This document shows, one piece after another, positions 25,005 through 32,000 of a stretch of 32,000 nucleotides of DNA. The stretch is from assembly GCF_016806735.1 (NCBI RefSeq), contig NZ_CP060530.1:870001-902000 (forward strand), written 5' to 3'. The notes beneath the pieces were generated by a model that had not been told where the DNA came from, did not search any database, and worked only from the letters and a program-made list of their open reading frames with translations. The DNA is from Candidatus Micrarchaeum sp. GTDB taxonomy: Archaea; Micrarchaeota; Micrarchaeia; Micrarchaeales; Micrarchaeaceae. The translations under genes were made by a program, and so were the position numbers. Numbering within the stretch: the first letter of the stretch is position 1; every line of letters begins with the position of its first letter.

Positions 25005-26729
25005 ATGGCAAGCGATGGCCTTCATGAGCTGATAAAGAAGCACGCGCTCAAGAATGCCATGGATTACGGAAAGGCTGATCCGTCCATAGTTTTGAACAAG
25101 ACAATAGCATCGGCAAAGAAGGAAGGCGTTGCGATACCGCAGCTCAGGGCCGAAATAGAATCCGTGGTCAACGAAGTAAATTCGATGAGCAGGGACGAGC
25201 TTGAGAAAAGCTACGAAGGGTATTCCGCGGAATTCGAAAGCGCCGACAGGGAGAAAAAGGAGAAAAGCGCAAAGCCAAGGATGGTTCTCGAAGGCGCCGT
25301 GGAGGGCGATTTCGCCACCAGGTTTCCTCCAGAGCCCAACGGATATTTGCATATAGGCCATGCGAAGCCGCTGTTTCTCGAAGCGGCATTTAGGGACATA
25401 TATAAGGGTAAGCTTTTTCTGTATTTTGACGATACCAACCCCAAAAAAGAGAAGCAGGAATACGTTGACGCCATAAAGAAGGATCTCGAATGGCTCGGCG
25501 TTAAATTCGACAAGGAGTACTACGCCAGCGACAGCGTGCCCAAGACTTACGACCTATGCAGGAAGCTTATAAGAGAGGGAAACGCCTACGCGTGCTCTTG
25601 CAGCGCAGAGGAGATAAAGAAGCTTAGGTTTGAGGGCAGGGCTTGCGCGCACAGAGACAGGCCAGCGGATGAAAGCCTTGAAATATTCGAGAGCATATTG
25701 GCTAACAGCTACACGAAAGATGACGTGGTAATAAGATTCAAGGGAGACATGAGCGCGGCCAATACGACCCTCAGGGACCCGAACATATTCAGGATAGTGA
25801 GGGAAAAGCACTACAGGCAGGGCGACAAGTATGTCCTATGGCCGACCTATTCTTTCAATACTCCGATAAACGATTCCATTAACGGAGTCACAGACGTGAT
25901 ACGGAGCAAGGAGTACGAATTGGGGGACGAGCTTTACAGGATGATGCTCAAAGCGCTAGGGCTCAGGTTGCCGAGGCTGCACCTTGAGGCCAGGCTCAAC
26001 ATAGAGGGCAACGTGACTTCAAAAAGAAAGCTGGTAGAATGGATAGGCAAGGGCTTGATCACGGGATTCGACGACCCAAGGCTGGTAACGATATCCGCTT
26101 TGAGAAGGCGTGGCATAGTGCCCGCAGCAATAAAGGAATTCGTACTCAGGCAGGGCATGAGCAAGGTAGACAGCACTATGAGGCTGTCCATGCTGCTGGA
26201 CGAAAACAAGAAGCTTGTAGATGAGAAGGCCAGGAGGCTTTTCTTCGTCACGGAGCCTGCCGAGCTCAACTTTAAGGATGGCAGCATAGGGAACGTAAGC
26301 ATACCGCTGCATCCAAGCAACGAAGGGCTTGGAAGCAGGGATTATTACATAAAAGGCAGCCATGTGATGATAAACAGCGAGGATGCGGAGAATTATTCCG
26401 GAAAGGAAGTAAGGCTTAAAGGTATAGGGATTGTCAGGATTGAGAACAAGGACAATGCTTATTATGCCGAGCGTGTAGCTGAAAAGAAGGGCTACGTAAA
26501 CACAATACAGTGGATACCCGATGATTCGCTTGATGCAACAGTAGTGATACCTGGAAATCCTGCAAATTCGGAAGAAGAATTCGACCCGGAAAGCCTCAAG
26601 GAGATAAAAGGAAAAATAGAGCCTTATGCTTTAAAGATAGATAAAGGCGAAGTCGTCCAGCTCGAAAGATTCGGATTTGCCACCATGGACAGCAAAGCAC
26701 CGATGAGCCTCATATTCATGACGAAATGA
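25005..26729 (+). CDS. gltX: Glutamyl-tRNA synthetase (archaeal type)
   Basis: HIGH motif (NGYLHIGHAKP), a KMSKS-equivalent VTSKRKL and an archaeal/eukaryal-type anticodon-binding C-terminal half. Confidence 0.9.
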   Translation: MASDGLHELIKKHALKNAMDYGKADPSIVLNKTIASAKKEGVAIPQLRAEIESVVNEVNSMSRDELEKSYEGYSAEFESADREKKEKSAKPRMVLEGAVEGDFATRFPPEPNGYLHIGHAKPLFLEAAFRDIYKGKLFLYFDDTNPKKEKQEYVDAIKKDLEWLGVKFDKEYYASDSVPKTYDLCRKLIREGNAYACSCSAEEIKKLRFEGRACAHRDRPADESLEIFESILANSYTKDDVVIRFKGDMSAANTTLRDPNIFRIVREKHYRQGDKYVLWPTYSFNTPINDSINGVTDVIRSKEYELGDELYRMMLKALGLRLPRLHLEARLNIEGNVTSKRKLVEWIGKGLITGFDDPRLVTISALRRRGIVPAAIKEFVLRQGMSKVDSTMRLSMLLDENKKLVDEKARRLFFVTEPAELNFKDGSIGNVSIPLHPSNEGLGSRDYYIKGSHVMINSEDAENYSGKEVRLKGIGIVRIENKDNAYYAERVAEKKGYVNTIQWIPDDSLDATVVIPGNPANSEEEFDPESLKEIKGKIEPYALKIDKGEVVQLERFGFATMDSKAPMSLIFMTK

Positions 26730-26730
26730 T

Positions 26731-27549
26731 TCATATTTTGCCGAAGCTCATTATGTCGTCATGCAATGCCAATGCGGAAGGAGTGCTTATGTATTTTATT
26801 GCCTCTCCAACGAGCGCCTTTGCATCGGGTATTTTGCGAAGCTTGAAAAGCGCAAGAGACGCGTAGTACAGCGCGCCAACCGAGAAGCTTTTCTTTGTGA
26901 GCAGGGATTCTGCATGCATGAGCGACTCCTCATAGAGCCCGTTGAGATTGAAAAGAAGCATCTTGGCGTAGCTTGAAGCCAGGGTGTTTCCCATTTCGGA
27001 AAGCTCGTTGAGATAATGCTTTGCCCCGGCCTTGTCCTTGAGCTTGAAGCTGGCTATGAATTGCAGGAACGTAGTGTCAAGGGCCTTTGAATCTGCAGAC
27101 ACCTTGCCAGCTTCGCTTATCGCTTTGTAGAGCGAGAGCCTGGAATCGGCATAAAGCTTTGAAGCTGCGGCCCTGTGTGCTGCGTTCTCTTCCATGAAGC
27201 CCGGCTTATCGTAGCTTATGAGCGAAGTCTCGTTGTTCGAAGCGCTGAGCAGTATTATCCCCTTTAAGTATAGGAACCATGCGCTCTTGGATGCAGCATA
27301 TGCGCTGTCGCATGATGAAACCGCGGCATTATAATCCTTGGATGAATAGCTTTGGCCTATTGCCGAAACTGCCTGGGACAGCGCTCCGCTGCTTGTTTCC
27401 GAAATTTTCTTGTGTATCAGGGCTTCGCACCACGAGCAGACGCAGTGGTCCGACAGGGATATTGTCTTGGCGCCGCAGTAGGGGCACTTTATCAGCATGC
27501 CGGAAGACGCAGCATATGATGCCACCAAAGCGGCGTTCTTAACGTTCAA
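26731..27549 (-). CDS. Zinc-ribbon protein with a helical-repeat (TPR-like) body, function unknown
   Basis: TTG start is 7 nt after GGTGA. The N-terminal motif is CPYCGAKTISLSDHCVCSWC. The remainder is Ala/Leu/Ser/Tyr-rich helical repeats. It lies directly downstream of fibrillarin on the same strand. Confidence 0.7.
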   Translation of the reverse strand: MNVKNAALVASYAASSGMLIKCPYCGAKTISLSDHCVCSWCEALIHKKISETSSGALSQAVSAIGQSYSSKDYNAAVSSCDSAYAASKSAWFLYLKGIILLSASNNETSLISYDKPGFMEENAAHRAAASKLYADSRLSLYKAISEAGKVSADSKALDTTFLQFIASFKLKDKAGAKHYLNELSEMGNTLASSYAKMLLFNLNGLYEESLMHAESLLTKKSFSVGALYYASLALFKLRKIPDAKALVGEAIKYISTPSALALHDDIMSFGKI

Positions 27550-27596
27550 AAACCATCACCCTAATTGCATACCTGTCTAATTGTCAAAAGGGTTAT

Positions 27597-28256
27597 TTAT
27601 CTTTTGCGCAATACGGCAAACATGTGCAGCTCGTCGTAAGGCTCGATGCTCACCTTTTCCAGCAGCTCGTAAGCCTCGGCAACCTTTTTGAGTTCTGAAT
27701 CGAAGACTTCAGATGGTTTTCTTCCGACGTCTATGCTCTGCGATTTTATTATGAAGTAGGCAAATCCCCCCTTCTTGAGGAACTTTGAATTTTCAAGCAG
27801 TATGCCAGACTGGTCGCGCGAAGAAACGTCCTGGTATATCACATCGCATTCGGATACGTAATCCTTGTATTTCGCCGTGTCGCCCGCGTCGCCCAGTATT
27901 GGCAGCATGTTCTTCCTTTTCTCGCAGACCCTTATGAGCTGGCGCATGTTCCTGTCCGAAAGCTCTATGCAGTATACGGAACCGTTGGGCCCAACTATGT
28001 CGCTTACGTGGCTGGCGGTTGTGCCTGTGGCTGCGCCAAGGTAAAGCACCTTCGAGCCTGGCCCTATGTGCATTTCCTTCATGCCGTTCATTATGGCTGC
28101 TGATAGCTTGCTCCTGTACGGATTCCACAGCCTGTACTCCTTGGCACCTATCGTAACCAGCTCCTCGCTGTATGCCTTTGAGCCCCTGACCATGTTTTCC
28201 GTTGCGAGCTTGCCGCCTATTGAAAATACTCCATTGAAAATCTCCTTTGGCTCCAA
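27597..28256 (-). CDS. flpA: Fibrillarin (C/D box sRNP 2'-O-methyltransferase)
   Basis: Contains YRLWNPYRSKLSAAI and the SAM motif VLYLGAATGTTASHVSDIV. TTG start is 4 nt after GGTGG, with an in-frame TAA immediately upstream. Confidence 0.92.
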   Translation of the reverse strand: MEPKEIFNGVFSIGGKLATENMVRGSKAYSEELVTIGAKEYRLWNPYRSKLSAAIMNGMKEMHIGPGSKVLYLGAATGTTASHVSDIVGPNGSVYCIELSDRNMRQLIRVCEKRKNMLPILGDAGDTAKYKDYVSECDVIYQDVSSRDQSGILLENSKFLKKGGFAYFIIKSQSIDVGRKPSEVFDSELKKVAEAYELLEKVSIEPYDELHMFAVLRKR

Positions 28257-28327
28257 TTAACCACCAATTCGTCAAAATGCCTCAGAGTGTTTTAACTAGC
28301 AAGGATAATAGCGTTTGCCGAACCCAG

Positions 28328-28642
28328 TCACGTGCCCATGCTTCTCCACGCCTTTTCTATCAGCTGTGTTATGTACTCATCCCTTATCTCCTGCACTTCG
28401 TCTTCCGAAAGATCGGACATTTCTACGCCGCGCTTTATTCCCTTCTTGCGCAACATCGAGAGCAGAAGCCTCTGCGCCTTCTCATAGAAGGCATTGGCTT
28501 CGTTTGGCCTCTTCTCCCTGAAAGAGCGCCGGGCCCTTTCCAGGTACATAGAAGCCCTCTTAAGCCTCGAAAGCTCCCTTCCCGATTCCGACCGCGTGGA
28601 ACAGGCATGCACGCGTTTCAAACCGCGCAAGCCATGCACCAT
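28328..28642 (-). CDS. Small basic helical protein, function unknown (start uncertain; alternative ATG at 28549)
   Basis: From Met32 onward, codon usage (AGG, ATA, AAG) matches the genome, and GAGGG lies 6 nt upstream of that ATG. The sequence MYLERARRSFREKRPNEANAFYEKAQRLLLSMLRKKG is vaguely HEPN/PaREP1-like. It sits upstream of fibrillarin, where Nop5 is usually found. Confidence 0.55.
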   Translation of the reverse strand: MVHGLRGLKRVHACSTRSESGRELSRLKRASMYLERARRSFREKRPNEANAFYEKAQRLLLSMLRKKGIKRGVEMSDLSEDEVQEIRDEYITQLIEKAWRSMGT

Positions 28643-28705
28643 TACACAATCTCAAAACAGGATTAAATAACTTCCTAATTCAATTATTAAACGGCGATTT
28701 TGGAC

Positions 28706-30931
28706 ATGTCTGAGAACATTGTTCTTGAAAAGTTCATGTATGACCTGCTGCCGCTTGCGATGTCGCAATACAGCGAAAAGGACACCGTGGAGGGCTTTGC
28801 AAAGAGCGTAAAGGAGGTCTTCGGGATAGACACGGCTAGCTTGAAAAAGCTGGATTCGTTCGGAGAGGAAAACGGAGGAGTATACGGCTACGTGGCCAAC
28901 ACAAAGAAGGTTTATATAGACAACCAGCTCAGCGATTATTCTGAATTCCCGCAGCTGATAGGCTACAGGAACCTGGGCTATTCGAGCTGTGCCATACTTC
29001 CGCTCATGGTTGGAGGCAGGATAATAGGAGTTCTTGAGCTGCTTTCGAAGATGGAGAACAGGTTCAGCAAAGAGATCCTCAACAGCCTTTCAATAGGCGC
29101 AGCTTTCATAGGCTTGGCCGTCGGCTATTCGGGGGAAGCTTCAAGGAGCAGGAATCTCGCCGCTTATTTCGACTCCGCTTTCAGCAGCGGATCCGCCAAC
29201 ATGCTGGTTTCACAGACCGGCAAGGTAATAAAGGCCAACAAGAAGGCAATGGCGCTCTTTAGGATAAGCCAGTCGGAAAGCGTTGACGTGAAAAACATAC
29301 TGGGGATGGAGTTTAAGGAGCTAAGGGCGATGCAGCCCGACATACCGATAAGAAGGCTCATTCAAGTGAACGGGGAGAAGCACGTTTTTGAGGTAAACGC
29401 TTCGAGCATAAACCAGGTAACTGCTTACGTGTCGCTCGTTGACGTTAGCGACAACGAACTTGTCAACGGCATAAGCGATAGCATAGACGGCACAGGCAAG
29501 GCAGTCGCGCTGAGCCTCGACAAGGAATTCAAAGTAATAGGCGGCTTCGGAAGGCTGGGAAAGTGGGACAGCATAGACGGAATGAACATCAAAAGCCTAA
29601 AGCTTGGCGACATGATTCCGGCATCGGACTACGCTTCGCTTGGTGCCGCGCTGAAATCAAAGGGAAGGGCGATGGTAAAGACCGACGTTTCCATAGGAGG
29701 CTACAGGGAAAAGACGTACATGTCCCTATCGAAAACTGCGTTCGGATACATGTGCATAATGCTGAGCGCAGAGCTCGAGGAATCGGTAAGGATACTTTCC
29801 AACAACCTCAAGGACTTCATAGACGTGACTTCCGACATAACCTTCGTAGTGGACCAGAACGGCACGATAACTGATGCGAACATGCCGATAGAACAACTGC
29901 TCGGCTATCAGAAAGAGCAACTGCTCGGCAGGGACATAAGGTCCCTTTACTCCGAAGAGGACACTCTGGACAGGGACCTTTCATACGTCAAGAGCGGAGG
30001 CAAGGTCGACGGAAGCTACGTAAACCTGAAGAAGAGCAATTCGGAGCTTCTGCCCGCAACACATTCGGTAAGGCTGTTCTTCGACGGCGATTCGTATTTC
30101 TACGCAATAATGGTAAAGGAGCTTGAGACCAAGCGCAGGATAGACGACCTCGAGCAGTCCAACAGGAAGCTGGAGGGCCAGTCGAAGAGCCTCAAGATGA
30201 CAAGCGACCTCAAGTCCCAATTCATATACAACATATCCCATGAGCTGAAGACCCCGCTGACAAACATAAAGGGGTTCGCCAAATTGCTCAGGGAGGGCGA
30301 ATTCGGGGCTCTTAACCCCGACCAAAAGGAGTACATTGACACCATACTCGACGAGGCAGATAGGCTCATGCTAATAATAACGCAGGTTCTTGATGCTGCA
30401 AAGCTCGAAGCCAACAAGGTAAAGCTCGATATAAAGGAGGTCAACCTTGCAGAGCTCTCTGGCAACCCGAGCATAAAGGCAATGGAGGAATCCGCCAAGA
30501 ACAAGGGGCTGGGATTCTCGTGGACTGTCGATTACGACGTGCCTGCGATAACGGCAGACCCGAACAGGCTCATACAGGTGTTCGTGAACCTCATAGGCAA
30601 TTCCATAAAATTCACCGAAACGGGAAAGATAACGGTTCATGTGTCAAAGTACAGCAAGCGCAGCGTGATGTGCGAGGTCATTGATACCGGAATAGGCATA
30701 AGCGACGAGGACAAGAGAAAGATATTCAAGAAATTTTACCAGGCTTCCAAGAAGGGGCTATTGAAGCCGGACGGCACCGGTACCGGACTCGGCCTTGCGA
30801 TAACAAAGGAGATAATTGACCTGCACAGGGGGCGCATAAAGTTTGACTCGACGCAGGGCAAGGGAAGCAGGTTCTATTTCACCATACCCATAAGCCAAAA
30901 TTCATACGGAAAGAGAAGAAAGAAAGAGTAG
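28706..30931 (+). CDS. Cytoplasmic sensor histidine kinase (GAF-PAS-PAS-HisKA-HATPase_c)
   Basis: GAF-like N-terminus (CAILPLMVGGRIIGVLELLS) and PAS-like segments. The kinase core has the H box ISHELKTPLTNIKGF, N box VNLIGNSIKFT, G1 DTGIGI and G2 GTGLGLAI. I see no TM helices. The track ORF starts at TTG 28700. Confidence 0.9.
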   Translation: MSENIVLEKFMYDLLPLAMSQYSEKDTVEGFAKSVKEVFGIDTASLKKLDSFGEENGGVYGYVANTKKVYIDNQLSDYSEFPQLIGYRNLGYSSCAILPLMVGGRIIGVLELLSKMENRFSKEILNSLSIGAAFIGLAVGYSGEASRSRNLAAYFDSAFSSGSANMLVSQTGKVIKANKKAMALFRISQSESVDVKNILGMEFKELRAMQPDIPIRRLIQVNGEKHVFEVNASSINQVTAYVSLVDVSDNELVNGISDSIDGTGKAVALSLDKEFKVIGGFGRLGKWDSIDGMNIKSLKLGDMIPASDYASLGAALKSKGRAMVKTDVSIGGYREKTYMSLSKTAFGYMCIMLSAELEESVRILSNNLKDFIDVTSDITFVVDQNGTITDANMPIEQLLGYQKEQLLGRDIRSLYSEEDTLDRDLSYVKSGGKVDGSYVNLKKSNSELLPATHSVRLFFDGDSYFYAIMVKELETKRRIDDLEQSNRKLEGQSKSLKMTSDLKSQFIYNISHELKTPLTNIKGFAKLLREGEFGALNPDQKEYIDTILDEADRLMLIITQVLDAAKLEANKVKLDIKEVNLAELSGNPSIKAMEESAKNKGLGFSWTVDYDVPAITADPNRLIQVFVNLIGNSIKFTETGKITVHVSKYSKRSVMCEVIDTGIGISDEDKRKIFKKFYQASKKGLLKPDGTGTGLGLAITKEIIDLHRGRIKFDSTQGKGSRFYFTIPISQNSYGKRRKKE

Positions 30932-30947
30932 CTGCAGCTTGACGATT

Positions 30948-31952
30948 TTACGGAATGTATATGCCGCACGCGCCTCCAATCCTGACTGCGCTGAGATATC
31001 CCTGATACAAAGTACTCTCGTTAGTACCTGCAAATATCCCTGAATATGTAACGTTGCTGATGGCACCATCCGAAGAGTTTATTATCATTGAAAGTGCGGT
31101 CCCGGTAGTTATTGTGCTCTTGCTTATGGTAGTATAGTTTGCCCTGTATATTGGGCCCGAAACGTCGTTAAGCGCATAGGACATATTGAATGGCACGAAC
31201 GCGCTCACGTTTTTGTATGTCTGTGGACCAGATGGAGGAACACCGTAATTGTTGGATTCGTAAGTCTTGTTGTAAAGCGAAGAGGTGCAATAGGATGTGT
31301 TATGGTAGAGCTCCGAATAGTTTTCCATTAGTGAGTAGTATTTGCTCGCCTGCAGCGCTGAGAGTGCTTTGGAATAGCCGTTGGGCTGCGAAGCCGTTGT
31401 GGTAATGGTCGTGGCTACCGTTGTAGTGGTAGTTGATCCAGACTTTGTAGAGTTTGAGCTTTTTGGAGGTGTAGGCGATATTGTGCTTGTCGTAGTCGCG
31501 CTTGAGTTTGTTGATACTATCCTTATCAGTGTGGAGTCTGGAGCCACAGCTGCAGATTGGCTTATCGTTATGAAACGGACGAGAGCCGAAGTGCCGTTTA
31601 CCGCCAGCAGCTCCACGCCTATGTCCGCGTACTTGGACATGTAATTCGCGTGTATCGTAGTATCCTTGCTTAGCGATACGGCCATGAGCGGATTTACGAA
31701 TGAAGGCTGCTTGGATATGTAAAGCGTGCTGCCGGAACCCATGTATGCCGCATACTCTACACCTCCAAGTATGAATACCGTGCCGTTGGAGCTTATAGTC
31801 ACGTTGCCGGATGAGCCGAGATCCTGAACGCCCCTATATGTCAATGCGTATAGGGCTATGGCTATTATGATTATCGCGATTATTAGGTATATCGCAAGGC
31901 CCTTGACGTTAGTCTTGCGATGGGCGTGATGTTTTGGATTACCGGAGGCCAT
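30948..31952 (-). CDS. N-terminally anchored extracellular protein with a Thr/Ser-rich linker
   Basis: MASGNPKHHAHRKTNVK is followed by a TM (LAIYLIIAIIIIAIALYAL). A central low-complexity linker (SSATTTSTISPTPPKSSNSTKSGSTTTTTVATTITTTAS) is present, with many sequons. The track ORF extends to TTG 31967. Confidence 0.7.
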   Translation of the reverse strand: MASGNPKHHAHRKTNVKGLAIYLIIAIIIIAIALYALTYRGVQDLGSSGNVTISSNGTVFILGGVEYAAYMGSGSTLYISKQPSFVNPLMAVSLSKDTTIHANYMSKYADIGVELLAVNGTSALVRFITISQSAAVAPDSTLIRIVSTNSSATTTSTISPTPPKSSNSTKSGSTTTTTVATTITTTASQPNGYSKALSALQASKYYSLMENYSELYHNTSYCTSSLYNKTYESNNYGVPPSGPQTYKNVSAFVPFNMSYALNDVSGPIYRANYTTISKSTITTGTALSMIINSSDGAISNVTYSGIFAGTNESTLYQGYLSAVRIGGACGIYIP

Positions 31953-32000
31953 GTTTAAGAATTGCAAGGCAAATCTTTTAATGCTTGCTTTGCGGGGTTT

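Noticed and set aside
25005-25310. An N-terminal extension of about 100 aa on GluRS that looks like a GatB/YqeY-type helical domain (LIKKHALKNAMDYGKADPSIV...).
   Set aside because: As far as I recall, archaeal GluRS enzymes (for example the Methanothermobacter type) normally begin with this kind of segment. It is a family feature and not a novel fusion.
28247-28666. A 139-aa plus-strand ORF, and the relatively GC-rich interval between fibrillarin and the kinase, considered as a structured RNA (SRP or RNase P RNA) locus.
   Set aside because: The plus-strand translation is Pro/Arg/Leu-rich junk. The minus-strand ORF has genome-typical codon usage and an SD-like element. I could not trace conserved SRP or RNase P helices. 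This remains untested without a covariance-model scan (Rfam/Infernal), which would be the decisive check.
1-32000. Search by eye for tRNA (GTTCRAATC T-loops), rRNA, CRISPR repeats, IS/transposase or integrase genes, and known defence-system genes.
   Set aside because: None found. All intergenic gaps are 200 bp or shorter except 7783-8380, which holds the frameshifted small gene. tRNAscan-SE, Infernal and a defence-system HMM scan would be needed to exclude them formally.

Overview
This is a densely packed archaeal chromosomal segment, roughly 90% coding. I read about 36 protein genes and found no rRNA, tRNA, CRISPR array or recognisable mobile element by eye. Most genes are information-processing or housekeeping genes with unambiguous motifs: XPD/Rad3 helicase, MCM, MetRS, GluRS, ribosomal proteins S8e/S24e/S27ae, aIF5A, Rpo7(E')/Spt4, fibrillarin, ornithine carbamoyltransferase, two tandem FtsZ paralogs plus SepF, a presenilin-type protease, a CPBP protease, a SpoU-class methyltransferase and a long FKBP. 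FtsZ/SepF-based division points to a euryarchaeal or DPANN-grade archaeon. ATA/AGG-rich codon usage, sequon-rich surface proteins and a GLPxGTxW surface repeat hint at an acidophile lineage (Micrarchaeota/ARMAN-like or Thermoplasmata-like); that placement is inference only. Many genes start at TTG or GTG behind GGTGA/GGAGG Shine-Dalgarno-like motifs, while others sit 20-30 nt downstream of a TATA box and are probably leaderless. The most unusual content is at the left edge (1-2888). It is a three-gene surface cluster: a large multidomain adhesin-like protein, a small secreted protein that is a stand-alone copy of the adhesin's C-terminal Cys-bracketed module with a nearly identical 78-nt 3' end, and a membrane-anchored Ig-like protein with a polybasic tail. 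I read this as a candidate donor-strand-type pilus or adhesin system. Other points worth a second look are a frameshifted small gene upstream of mcm, a small acidic protein whose C-terminus mimics the ribosomal P-stalk tail, the tandem ftsZ pair, fibrillarin without an adjacent Nop5, and an S27ae gene missing from the ORF track whose stop overlaps the start of a membrane protease gene.
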